Shown here in pieces: positions 45,758 to 58,500 of a stretch of DNA of 64,000 nt. A program made the translations under genes and the position numbers. Numbering within the stretch: the first letter of the stretch is position 1; each line of letters starts with the position of its first letter. The DNA comes from Selaginella moellendorffii (taxonomy: Eukaryota; Plantae; Lycopodiophyta): contig NW_003314343.1 of NCBI RefSeq assembly GCF_000143415.4, forward strand, positions 744,813 to 808,812, written 5' to 3'. A model generated the notes under the pieces. It was not told the DNA's origin and did not search any database. It worked only from the letters and a program-made list of their open reading frames with translations.

Positions 45758-48706
45758 CACTTGCTTCTTAAATTCAGGGTCTTCCAACAGCTTTCTATCA
45801 ATACACATGAATTCTATCCACAGTGGATTATATTTATAATAATCCCTCCACATGAGCATGGCGTTCATGAACCATTCCCTCACCTGTGCGTATACCAAAG
45901 TCAGAATAATAATCACACAATAACCCTTCCGAAACAATTTCCCCATCAATCTCTCCAAATTTGAGCTCCTCGTCAACCAGCTTACACTCGCCAGCCCCTC
46001 AATCGCCAGAGCGAAGTCATCCAGTTTGGCCAGAGCGGTGAGAAGCGGCACAAACCCTTCCAGCACTCGATCCTCCTCGTCCTCCCCATCGTACTGAGGA
46101 ACCACAAAGCCATTGTTTGGCTGGACCAGCCAGTAATACTCATCATCATCAAGCCACACCGTTCACTTGCAATCCCTGTCAACCATTATCACGGAACAAA
46201 TGTCTTTCAGAGACATGACCCTATCGATGCTTGGATCCGTATAAGACCTGCAATCGTCCCGGCAACATTATCTTAGAATTCGTCCCGAGGATAGCCTCAA
46301 CTTTATATTGTAGACAATGCCACTACAATAGGACTATGAAGAGCAGCTGAATACATAGAGATCATAGATGGCAGCCATGCTCTCCAGGAAAGGGATCAAC
46401 CCAAGCCTCATGCCGATCTTGAAGCCACCTGGAGTCCAAAACCAGCACCTTTCAGACCCATATATTGTCAAGAAACATATCCGATCCATACTTAAATTAA
46501 AAAAGGGAGGGTTTCTCTAAGATGCCGCTCGATTGGAGGATGTGCCAGAAATTCCCTTCCCTCTGGCGGAAAATGTAGGCTATCGGTGCGTTCTTTCTGG
46601 AGAGCTCCGCTCAGTGCGTCTTGTTCTTGCAGATTTCTCGCGATTTCGACTTGGTTGTGATCTAAGGCCTGGGACAGGAGGCGAAGATTGTGGCGATTCC
46701 CGTCCTTGTTGCGGCGTTGAAGGCGTGTGGCAGCTCCGGCGACGTGGATCTCGCGACAAAAATCCATGGCGATGCAGCGGAGAGCGGGCACGATTTCTAC
46801 GTTGCAAACACGCTGGTGAGCTTGTATGGATAGTGTGTGGCAACTTGGTGGAAGCTGAGAGAGTTTTTACGGGGATGGTGGTCTCTTGGGCGGCACTGAT
46901 GCTGGAAAGCGGGGAAGAGGCACTGGCTTTACAGGCACCACTGTCATGGATGACAAATGACAGGACCTTTGTTGCTGCTCTTAAGGCATAGCAGGCAAGG
47001 AAGAAGGCAGCAAAGAGTTGGAAGATGGTTCGTGAAAGCAGGGACGCTGGAGAAAGGCATGGATCTCCGTTCTCAAGCTTCAGACAAGCATGAGCTAGAT
47101 ATATTCGTGGCCAGCTCGCTGATCGACATGTACGCTATCGTTCGGTGTGGGTGAGTTTTCGCAGCATGACCTGGTTTCGCTGGTTTCGTTGATGCTGGGG
47201 TACTTGGAAAACGGCCAGCCAGACCTTGGTTACACAGATTGTGGAAGTTTATTGAACGCTCAGGGGCTCTTCCAGACCATAATCTGGCACTCTGGAACAC
47301 GCTGATACTCGGGTATGCTGAGAACGTAGTGGACGAGAAGATCGCCATCCCTCTCTCGACCAGCTCAGCATGGCTGCAAGCTGAGAGAGAACCGACGCGA
47401 AAGTGATCCCGTTCGGCTCTCATTTCTTCTCGTCACGCATTTGATCGAAGAGCTCGCGAGCTTGTAGTTCCCTATCCCCCAATCAAAGCATTCGAGACTT
47501 CCACCCGGAGTCGAAAGCATGCCGAGCTTCCACCATGCCTCCACACTTCCCATACGTGTCCACCAGCGAGGTTCGTAAAACGCAACCGTGGATCCATCTC
47601 ACGGCCTCCAAAGCCAACAGATTCCCACAAGCCTTGAGTGCGGCCTTGAAGCTCTAGGAATCCAGCGAGAGATCTTCTTCACGTTGTTGCAGCCGCGAGA
47701 AAAGAAGGCCACAGATGGTTCCCACTTGTGCGTGACTGATATGCGAGTTCTTGGAGTAGAGGTTCTTCACGTGGTTGTAGGTGCCGGTCTAAAAGTTTGG
47801 GAATCGGAGAAACTCTAACGTCGGAAGATTCTCTTCAGCTTTGCATTCACCAAAGGAGTCTCAAAACTGTTGTTAAACTTGCCTGAAGCTGATCGACAAC
47901 AAGAGCACAGGGAATCGACCCGACCGTCTTCCACTTGTCTTGGAACTTAACTTGGACTCCCACGACATCATTTTCCTGCAAGAGAATGGTGAGACCACCA
48001 ACGTCGGAATGACTGCTCAGTCTGATTGCGAGCTCGGGGCTCGGGCAAGGAGGATAATAGTTGAGTTCCAGCGCTGCTTGGTGCTTACCAAATTCCCTCT
48101 CGAGATAGTCGGAGCCTAAGCCCAGACCCTCAGACAATGCTCGCAGGAGATGCCATGGCTTGATCCACAGCAACCAACCTGGATGATCCATAGAAAAAAC
48201 TCTTTAGAGGAAGAAAATAATGCTGCACTTCACGAGGACAAGAGCTTTGCGAAGCGCTTGGAGGACAATGGAGGATAAAATAAAAGGCTGGGGAATTAAC
48301 TGTCTAGTGTGACCCCAAAGCTGGTTAGTTCTAAATATTGTCCACATGAATTACATTCATAACTGTTCCTGTTAATTCCTTGATACTGGTTTAGGGTAGC
48401 AGCTTCTGAAGGATGTGAGAACATCACAGTGACTTTAGTCCATATAGAACACCAACAAGCAAGATAGATTTTGATGCTTCTCCTTTTTTCTCAGACTCTT
48501 TGTAGCTTAGGAGTATTTTAAATATTTTTATAAAGTATAGTTTAACCAAATTGAGAAAACCAGATTAAAGATCAAAATTCATCTAAATAGGATGCTTTTG
48601 TATGATAGACTTTGCTAACTGCAAGTAGTCTTTATTGTAAACTCCAGAATGCAAACACTCCTCAACACCTATGAGTGCCTTCAGACTTTCCTCAACCTTT
48701 GCCTCA
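45758..48706 (-). repeat. Inverted copy of the phosphatase/2OG/PPR module (pseudogene fragments)
   Basis: 48706->46540 is the reverse complement of ~34290-36470. 46500->45758 is the reverse complement of ~30520-31340 (and 33330-34080). Confidence 0.9.
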
Positions 48707-49736
48707 TGATCTTGTGGCTAAACAAAGGCAAAATCTTTATTTGGTTAAGGATTAAGATTTTTAGTTCAAAAAGTTGATTTGAACTATTAGTAAGAGTGTG
48801 ATTGATAAAATTAAAAGATTAGTGGTTAAGAAAGGGCCACTAGAATCATTGAACGAAATCCAAATGGTAAAATTAGGTGAGGAACACTAATATGTTAGAT
48901 GATAATGGATTGTGGGAAAGGCAATAGGATGGATTTTTAAAAGCTCCGATTTAGTGAAAGTGGAAGCTCTAAAGGAAGGAGTGACAAGGTAACCAAATGA
49001 TAAGGCTGTGAATAACTGTAGCACAAATTATGATAATTGAAACTTAGTGTTAAAAGTGGCATAAAATAAAAAAGAGGATGATAGTGCCCTCAAATAAAGA
49101 ACTTCCTAGGATAAGGAAGTGGAGTTTGCACAATATATACAATGCAAAGTGTCAAAGACACCCAAGAAATTGACTTTGAGAAGTTAAAATTCTAAAATGT
49201 AATAGTTATATCGATAAAAACTAAAACTATTCAAGAATGAGTAATGGGATTGATATAGAGAAAGTGTCTTTTACGGGTTTAATGAGAACTAAATCAATAA
49301 AAGGAGAGAACCACCACAAATAGTCGAATGAGTCTTTATATTGGAGAGACTATGCTCCTTAAAAGATAGGTAAAGTATGGTGAGCGTTCAGTGTCGAACC
49401 ATCAACGAATATTGGCTTGGTGTTAAGGATGGAAAGGGTAATACTTGATAGTATTACTTTATAAAATGATTTATCATTCAATGAGGACATCGAACTTCAT
49501 CTATGTGAAACACAAATCTCTAAACCCCAAAATGGAACCAAAAGGGTGTTATATGGTGGTGGCCAAAGCAGAAGCTAAATGAGTGTAACACATTTGGACC
49601 AAGAGCTCCGATTTGGATAGTTGAGAGTGGGAGTGAAACTCCCAATGAAGTGTTCAAGAACAAGCATGTAACAAGCAGTAAGCGAGTCTCTAAAAAAGGG
49701 ACATAAGAGGACTAATACATAACACATAGAAATGTC

Positions 49737-49935
49737 GAGATGGAGTTCGAGAAGGAGTTTGAGATAGACTTGATAGAGAGTCCGAGATGGACCCGAAAAG
49801 GAGTTTGGGATGGACCCGAGAAGGAGTTTGAGATGAATCCAAGATGGAGTCCGAAATGGACCTGATATAGAGTTCGAGATGGAGTCCAAGATGGATTCAA
49901 CATGGAGTTTGAGATGGACTCGACATGGAATTCAA
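49737..49935. repeat. 12-bp minisatellite (GAGATGGAGTTC-like) in the gypsy 5' region
   Basis: About 16 degenerate copies of gagatggagttc/gagaaggagttt/gagatggaccc. Confidence 0.8.
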
Positions 49936-50503
49936 GGTCAAGACCGAGACCGAGAACAAGACTAAGATTGAATTCGAGTCCGAGTCCGAGGGTGAAAACC
50001 CAAAGTGTTCATCTCCTAGACCCTAGGGTTTTAGTGAGCTCTAAAAGTATAATAGAGGGAAGACTCTAGTGGAGCTAGTTTGGCTAAGAAAAGCCAGTGT
50101 GACCAAAGAAGGCTATACCCACATGTTGGGTGATGATATAACCATTGAAGAATCCAAGGTTAAAATGAATATAGACAAACAAATTAGATAGCTTGGTGAA
50201 GTGTTTAAGAGCCACTTCTAACTCCCCTAAAAGATCAAATAGTCGATACTCCCAATCTAAGTGTGGGTGGCACTACTTACTTGGATATTTAGCATGACTT
50301 ATTGGAACCTTGCTCTAGCCACATGGCTAGAGCATTTAAAAGTAGAAGGTGGGGAGAGTGCCCATAAGGCTCATGTAGGGCCATGGTGTTTTGAAATGTC
50401 ATCCTAAAGTCCCAAACTATGGAAAGGAAAAAGAGCAATCTTCTAATATAGTGATCAAAGATACAATCACATGGTGAAGAAATCCCAGAATATAGTGGGA
50501 CTT

Positions 50504-51461
50504 TGTAGCGCACCTTATTTCTCTCCCCTTAAGCTAACTAGAAAAGGGGCAATTGCTTGATGAGAGAGCCCTTAGTAGCTATTTTATCCCCATTTATCCC
50601 CCAAGGTTCCAAGGATCCACGGTGACAGTATATCCATACAAAGTCCCACCTTATCTCTCTCCCCTTAAGCCAACTGGAAAAGGGGCAATTGCTTGATGAG
50701 AGAGCCCTTAGTGGCTATTCCTTCGTCCGTGGATACTCTACACAAGAGGAAGGACGTACGCATGGATGCCCAATACGTACAATTTCAAATTTAGGGGTAG
50801 GAATATACCTTGCTCAAGGGTATATTATATTTCCATTTCCGCACTCAATCTACCAATCCTTCCATTGTGTAGACCAGCTATTCCATGTGAGGCAACTAGT
50901 CATCCACCCGTACCGCAGTCCCACAGTGGATACCTTCGTCCGTGCCCAATACGTACAATTTCAAATTTAGGGGTAGGAATATACCTTGCTCAAGGGTATA
51001 TTATATTTCCATTTCCGCACTCAATCTACCAATCCTTCCATTGTGTAGACCAGCTATTCCATGTGAGGCAACTAGTCATCCACCCGTACCGCAGTCCCAC
51101 AGTGGATACCTTCGTCCGTGGATACTCCACACAAGAGTCCGTGGATACTCCACACAAGAGGAAGGACGTATGCATGGATGCCCAATACGTACGATTTCAA
51201 ATTTAGGGGTAGAAATATACCTTGCTCAAGGGTATATTATATTTTAGGTAACCACTAATTAATGGGAATCGAACTTGTGCCATTTGCTCCAATACCAACT
51301 GTAGCGCACCTTATCTCTCTCCCCTTAAGCCAACTGGAAAAGGGGCAATTGCTTGATGAGAAAGCCCTTAGTGGCTATTTTATCCCCATTTATCCCCCAA
51401 GGTTCCAAAGATCCACGGTGACAGTATATCTAAATCTCATCCCATGATCACATGCGCTACA
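50504..51461 (-). mobile_element. TRIM-like non-autonomous LTR element (958 bp) nested in the gypsy remnant
   Basis: 5-bp TSD GACTT (50499-50503 and 51462-51466). Termini TGTAGCGCA...TGCGCTACA. 162-bp LTR at 51300-51461 and a truncated copy at 50504-50631. PBS-like TGGTATTGGAGC (rc of 51286-51297). No ORF. Confidence 0.88.
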
Positions 51462-54419
51462 GACTTAGTGGTTGGGCATTTGAGCCTTAACCTAGTGGCG
51501 GTGTTAGCGAGCACAACCGTGAATAAAAAGGGACTTAGTGGGGATGGAAGAAGGGACATTAGGGAATTAGTGGTCCAACACCACCTGCATCATAGTCCCG
51601 TTCCCCAAAGATGAAGCCATCCATCCATGAGTGATCCTCCCTTGACCACATCTTAGCACCCTTAGGATGCCAAGAAACATGGGGAATACCCTATGACAAA
51701 AGTGAATGGGCCTACCCTTAGCGTAATGGGTTGATTTGTTGGTAATACCTTTAGTGTTGGTTATAGGATTGAATATATGGAGCACTTGGATCAAGTGTAA
51801 ATGTTAAGTGGCATAGATGCCATTCTCGAGGCTAGCAAGTCTCTAAGTTTAGAATAGGAATTTATGGAAGTTGTGATTGAGACTCCTTCATGTGGTCCAA
51901 TATGTGGTTAAATGACTAAAGTAGAATGGAAAATTTAGTTGCTTACATATTCCTCCTCTTAGTGGGTACAAACAGTAGCAACTTGCAAAACTTACTTCTA
52001 TTGAGTAGTGTGAGTCATTGCTTCTATTGTGGAGAGGTAGGATATAAATTCTTGGAATGACTCAACAAGTATAAGATAAGGTCTCATGTTAATGTTATAA
52101 GGGAAGATGGTGAAGGTGAAGTTAAAGGTTAATGCAAACTACAAGAAAGAGGAGGTGAGTTACTTTCCTTAAGATTTTTTTACAAGCAATACAAGCATTG
52201 ATCTGTTGATGTATCTTGTAGGCTTTGTTCATGGACACCAAATCCAAGTAATGCTTGATATAAGACTTAGTAAAGTTGTTAAGATTGAAAGCTAAGCAAA
52301 TATCACCCATACACTAATAATAGATATTATTATTTAGTACAATTTATGGATAGAATATTCAAAGTTTATTTGGACATATTTGTTATCATATATATCAATG
52401 ATGTTCTAGTCTTTAGTGAAATATTGAAGGATTATTTATGGAGTTAGTGTTTCAGAAATTGCATGAACATGAACTATATGCTAAGGAAAGTAAATGTGCT
52501 TTTGGACAATTGCATATAAACTTTCTTGGGCATATAGTTAGTGGTGGCATAATTGAGGTGGATCCAAAAAAAGTGGAAGCAATAAAGTCTTGGGAAGTCC
52601 TGACTACTGTATTAAATGTTTGTTCTTTTCTCGGTTTGGGTGGATATTTTTGCAAGTTTGTTTGTAGTTTTGCAAATATTGCTCTTCTATTAACTAAGTT
52701 AACTAAATGTAGTATACCATTTCATTAAACACTAGCTTGTTAGTGTGTTTTTGTACAATTAAAGGAAATATTGATTATAATTCCTATTCTTAGGATTGCA
52801 AATCTTAATAAACCCTTTAAAGTGCATTGTGATGCATCTAGCTATGCTATATGTGCCATGTTGCAATAAAATTGTAACAATATAGTTAGTATTACTTTAA
52901 GGCAATATGGTTGTTCATTGTATTTTATTCCAAGAAATTGGATGAAACCTAATAAAGATGGCCAATGCACGAGAAAGATATATTTGCTATAGTATTGGCA
53001 TTGGAACACTAAAGAAACTATTTGGGTACATACCAAGGTTTATATGGATAGTAACACACTAAGTTATTTTGCTATGTAGCCAAAGGTTATGCCCAAGCAT
53101 GCTCATTAGCAAATAAAACTCACTAGATTTGATATTGATATCATCTATAAATCTGGTAAAAACAATATTGTTTTAGATGAGTTGAGTTGTCAGGCTCAAT
53201 TTTGGGCAATGTCGGCAATCAGTTTGGACTGGTTGGAGGATGGTTATGCTTCATATGAAAATGATCTATTGGTGAAGGTAATCTTGCACTATGTGGAGTT
53301 GACAAAGCAGAACTCTAGTAGCAAAGTGGTGAAAGTTGCTAGTCATGCCAATGCAAAGCTTTACTTCTCAGTTCGGGATGGATTTATTTACTATAAATAA
53401 GAAAGATTGTATTTTCCCTCCAAAGATTTGCAACAATTATTTCTGTAGGAAGATTATGATGTTTCGGCAGCAGGATATAGTGGTAAACGAAAGACTCTTG
53501 CTTCATTGAAAAAGGGATTTTTTTGGTTTGGTATAGAAGGCAATGTAGTGGATTATGTCCATTCTGCCAATAATATAAGTGAAGAACTCAAAAGCAGGCT
53601 AGGAAGTTGCAATGTATTCTAATACTAGCTTGACCATTTTAGAGTATAACACTTGACTTCACCATTATAATACTTTGATGGTAGTTGTGGATTGGTTATC
53701 AAAGATTGTACACTTCATTCCAATTGTGGAAATAATGAATGTAAAGTAAATGGCAAAGCTTTTTTTTCCATGAAGTGGTACGGGTTCATAGTCTTCCTAA
53801 AGAGATAATCTTAGATAGAAATTCAAGATTTACGAAAAAGTTTTAGGGCACACTATTCCAGTTATTCAGTATTAAGTTGAAGTTTAGTACAACTTATCAT
53901 TCTAAAATTTATGGGCAAACCGAACATGTGAATGCTCAAGTTGAGGATTATCTATGGTTTTATATCACGGTAAACCAATGTGATTGGGTTGAGCATTTGG
54001 ATACAGTAGAAATTTGTTATACCAACATATTTCACAACGCTATTAACTATTCTCCATAGAAGATGTTGCAAGGGAATGTTCGTAAGGTTCCTTAATAGAT
54101 TGTTTTATTGAAACTAATGTCCGAAGTGCAAGTTATTTAGACTTATGTAGAGCAGCTACACCAAGGTTGGTCTAGAGCTACTGAGGTGATGGGCAAAACT
54201 CAAAATAAATATCAATATAATAAGGATCAGCATTGTTAAGATGTATCTTATTAAATAGAAGATTATGTATGGCTATCTTCCTAAAACTTGAATGCTAAGG
54301 AGTCTTTGTCTCAGAAGTTGTTACCAAGATATGTTAGGCCCTATTGAGTTTTGAAATAGATTGGTGATGTATCCTATTAGTTTGTCCAAACATTTCATTT
54401 ACAATAACACTAATAAAAC

Positions 54420-55100
54420 GTTGTTGACACCAAAGTCTTCACAAGTACGTTAATTTAGAAAATGCCAACAATGTTGATATATGTGACCAACCTCATCATA
54501 TGCTTAATAATAAACATCATGGCTACAACCACATCCTCACCCTTGTTCTTGAACTTGAGTAATAGTAACATCAACCTTCATTAGAACATAACCATCTCCC
54601 ATATGAAATGGAGTTAAAGAGCATGTAGTGAGAAGTGGAAGAAGTGATGTTTTATAACGTTGTATCATATGAAAAACATTATCAAAGGTGGCTAGAGTAA
54701 GTGCATATAAAATCCCACAAAATCTTGACGAAGTGTTAACCACAACATTTCCAACTTGATCCTCTTCAATATATTTAGCTCCATATAAAGCAAGAAGTTT
54801 TAGAAACAAATGCTAAATTGCAAATAACCCTTGATGAAAACAATGTAATTAAAAAAAACATTATCACAATTGTCAACATATCCAAATATGCACTTGAAGA
54901 CATATGAGAGAATGTTTCAATCCATATAAATGGCTACACTTAAACCATTGTATTACTATAACACCATCCTTTAAAAACACATAAGAAACTTATGCAAATG
55001 CTAAATATCATCCCAAAAATGATATGTAGCAATCATTGTAAAATGATTGAATCAATAATACATGTCATCTCTAGGATTTTGTAAACTCCTGAATTTGAAC
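54420..55100 (-). mobile_element. Possible Helitron/PIF1-helicase C-terminal remnant
   Basis: LPLLTTCSLTPFHMGDGYVLMKVDV loosely resembles helicase motif V (FPLxxAYAxTxHKxQGxTLxKV). A frameshifted RTCEDF follows, loosely motif-VI-like. Highly degenerate. Confidence 0.3.
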
Positions 55101-55983
55101 TTCTTAAGAAAGTCATTTAGCCTATTACTATTTAAACCCAAAAACACTTAACTCTAAGTATCCCAAAACCCTTAACCAATTGAAAAAAAAGGGTGAACTT
55201 TTATTTATGGGCCTTTTCTCTTTATATTTAAACCCTATAAATCATCTCTTGAATCATTCAACTTTGGTTGCTTACAATTCACTATGCTTTCTTGCAAGCA
55301 AGAGATTCCTACATAAGAACTTCAACTGAACACAAGGATTAGTAACAAAAGTAATAAGAGCAAAAGAGTTCTACAACATGCCATAAATACAATTATTAAT
55401 TGAGTATGATTATTTAACTACAACCACATAACATTGAGCAATTGCACCAACTATTGCTCTTAAGTTAAAGGAGGAAGATATTGCTTTGTTATAAAGATGA
55501 ACAAAAAGGAAAAAGTAAAAAAGAAGAAATTGAAAAAACTATAGAGTGAGATTTAGATGATGCAAAAGCTAGATTTAATTAACTAAAATTCAAATTTAAT
55601 TAATTCTTAAGAATAATTAAGATTGCTTTTCACCTCCACCAATATGAGTGCATGGAATATAGAAATGGAATACATAAATATGCATATAAATTAACCCAAA
55701 AACTTTAATTTATATACAAGAGCAAATAATCCAAATTGAAACAAATCCAAAAATTATTAAAATCCTATTACGTTAATATTAACATAAAAAGGCAGATTGA
55801 AACCAATCATCACCCTAATATGCATTATAGCCAAACCTCACACTTTTAATTTAAAATAAAAGAGAATGCATCAAAATGCTTTTAGAATAAAGGCAGCGAT
55901 AAATGCTAGGCATCATTAAAAGCTCCTTTGGATCTCATGAAATTTCTAATAAATACACTCTCGAATTAAATACTGATGCCTGA

Positions 55984-58500
55984 TCACAGTCCCGTGTCAC
56001 CCGCCTTTGCGCAAAGCATGTTGTACTCGTCAGCCTCTTCCTGGGTGATCGTCCAGCGCAGGCTACCATCCAGCTTCCACACTTCGACCTCACCAGCTTC
56101 ATTCACGCCCCTCCCGTAGAGGAACGGCCGCGAGCGCACGGGGTTCTCGCACACCACGCGCACTGGATCCCGACTGGTCACTGCCGGCAAGTTGGAAAAC
56201 AAGCCAGGAACCTCGTTGTTGGTGACCCGGTTGTAATCGTGGCCGAGGTCGCGGATGATACCAATTCCTTGGCTCCGTCTGGACGCCTTGCACACGAACA
56301 TGTTCTTCCCGTTCATCCACGCAAAATGCCACTCGTCCTTGAGGTCCGACACCACCATCCACGGCTTGAGCGTTGGGTTCCTGATGTTCAAACCCAGGCA
56401 AGCCACCATAGCCTTGTAGAGCAGCTCGTCACTCATCGTTTCCTCCATCCAGAAACCGATCGCGGTGCCCTCACCAAGGACGTTCCCCAGGACTGTCTGG
56501 AGCTCGAACTCGAGCTTGAATGGAAAGTTTGCGTTGGAGATGCACGATACGTGCTCCCTTTCCCTTTCAAGGTTCACTAGGTACTGGACTCTCAGCATGC
56601 TGTGCCTCGGCACACCGTGCCGCCACAGATAGCTCATCGTGGCGTCTCGTGTGACATCCCACGTCCACACAAAGGGCTCTGCGTCAAATTCCATCAGAGG
56701 CACTAGCCATCCTTCTCCCCTCATAACCGTGACGTTCATCCGGGACAAGAAACGCTTGCAGGCGCATAGATCCATGGATTCCAGTTCCAAGTTGCCAGGC
56801 TTGAGCACGCCGTAAAAGTCTAGCTCCTCTCCGGGATAGACCAGATCGCCCCGAGTCAGAGCCACTCCATTCCTTTGCAGCAGACCTGCCTGACCCGTCA
56901 GGTGTTCAATGGCTCCTACAACGTCCGCTACCGGTTTTCCTCCTTCCGGAACGGAGACAGTCCCTAGAACTGAACCATCCCTGTCCCTGACGCGGCAGTA
57001 GCTTGGCAAATCTGCTTTGGGTGGCGTAGCCGGGTAGGACTTCATGGTATCGAGCTTCAACACGCTCAGCTGCAGGGAAAATGCCTCAAATCGTGCTGGC
57101 AAGAGCTGGTCATCACATACCTCACCGTGATCACCTCCCGACGCAATGAGACAAGCTTGGTCTTTGATCTTCGCGTACACTAGGCTCAGGCCCTGCAAAT
57201 GATGTGAGTTGCCGTTCAAAAGCGTCTCACGCACACGAAGTCTGAATGATACCTCGCGAGGCAGCCGAGGCTCCACGCACACGGGAGTCCACTTCATCGC
57301 CTTCATGTTCAACAGCATCGTTTGAGGAACCAGGCCTGTGTGCAAGCACATTGGTGAAAATGATATAGAAACTAGAATCGCCTACCACCAACGATGTAGC
57401 ATTCGTCTCCAGATCCAGTAGCCGCAGCGATGGACGTTGGCGCAGCAGGAAACTCCAGGGGCGCGGACGACCATTGTTTCTGCGCAACAGCGACTCACCA
57501 GTGAGTTCTCGGCAAAAACCGTGGCTTGCTCACAGTTTTAAGATCCAACGTGTACAGCTTATGGTCACAGCCAGAGAAAAGGTAGAGATAATTGCTGTTG
57601 AAGGAAGCATCGCCATGAAAACAAAGCCCCGGTGGAAGCATGCCACTATGAACAGCGAAAGAAGATCACGAGGTGAGGTTACATGAACAAACAACTCGGA
57701 CCTTGTAACCACACGTTCCCACTCCTTCGTATCCAGATCAAAGACGTGGACGTCGTGAAGCATTCGACCGTGAAAATCCTCGCCACCATACACCCATACT
57801 TTGCTCCCAACCAAGGTAGCTGAGTGACCACGCGTTCCAGGCTATAGCATCATAGGGAAAAAGCACATTTCTCAAGTGGTAAGGAACAACAAGACCCCTT
57901 ACCGGAGCTTCTCCACTCACTGGTAAAAGTGACCACACGCATTCTATCGCATCAAACTCGTACACTACACAAGTAGAGTCAAACTCAGCCAGAAAGGCCT
58001 CAAACCTTGTGTATACCTCGCAACCTTTCGTCTGATGGAATCCCAATGAAAGCAAACAGCGTTGTTCCTCTTGCAACCTGATAGATAGTGTTAGCCACCG
58101 TAAAGAAAACTCACCAAGCTCTTGAGCAGTAACTCACCAAGCGATGCCCGGCACAAGACACAGGACAGGATGGAAGTGGAGTCCAAGTCGAGTTTCTCAA
58201 ATCGAAAACCTTCCGGGAAAATTCACGACACCATAACGAAACACCAAACCAGAAGAAGTTTACCAGCGCATCGCTCAGGTATTTGTCCTCACAGCGTCCC
58301 CCAACAACATAAAACTTTTCGTTGAGCACGACTGCACCGTGCTGCAAGAAGACGCAAAGTTAGGGCCGGATCCTGCTAGAACTTACTAGACATCGAGCTT
58401 GTGGGTGAGCCGCGGTAACAGCTTCCCATTGGGCTGCCGCACCGCCGCTAAACCACCACTTCCACATGTATCCACCGGCACTAGTCAAAAGCACCGCCAT
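55984..58500 (-). CDS. Multi-exon kelch-repeat (ACBP4-type propeller) protein fused to a ubiquitin-like domain and a Crinkler-like restriction-endonuclease-fold domain
   Basis: Kelch exons HGAVVLNEKFYVVGG, RGHSATLVGSKVWVYGGED and EGLSLVYAK...IASGG splice via GT-AG introns into a long last exon (55984-57069). That exon encodes a Ubl-like unit, then EPFVW...PWMVVSDLKDEWHFAW. Start codon is at 58500 or 58467. Confidence 0.7.

Larger units (their letters stand above)
48710..54400 (+). mobile_element. Decayed Ty3/gypsy retrotransposon (RT-RNaseH-integrase order)
   Basis: RT: YINDVLV (YIDD-like) and LYAKESKCAF...FLGHIVS...VDPKKVEAIKSW...SFLGLGGY. RNase H: PFKVHCDASSYAI. Integrase: FSTTYHSKIYGQTEHVN. 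Many stops; boundaries are approximate. Confidence 0.85.

Noticed and set aside
50689-51247. Overlapping ORFs with repeated peptides / possible CRISPR-like array
   Set aside because: These come from a 176-bp tandem duplication inside a TRIM. There are no unique spacers or cas genes, and the context is eukaryotic.
50504-51461. Cassandra-type TRIM carrying 5S rRNA sequence
   Set aside because: I cannot see 5S A/C-box similarity in the 162-bp LTR.
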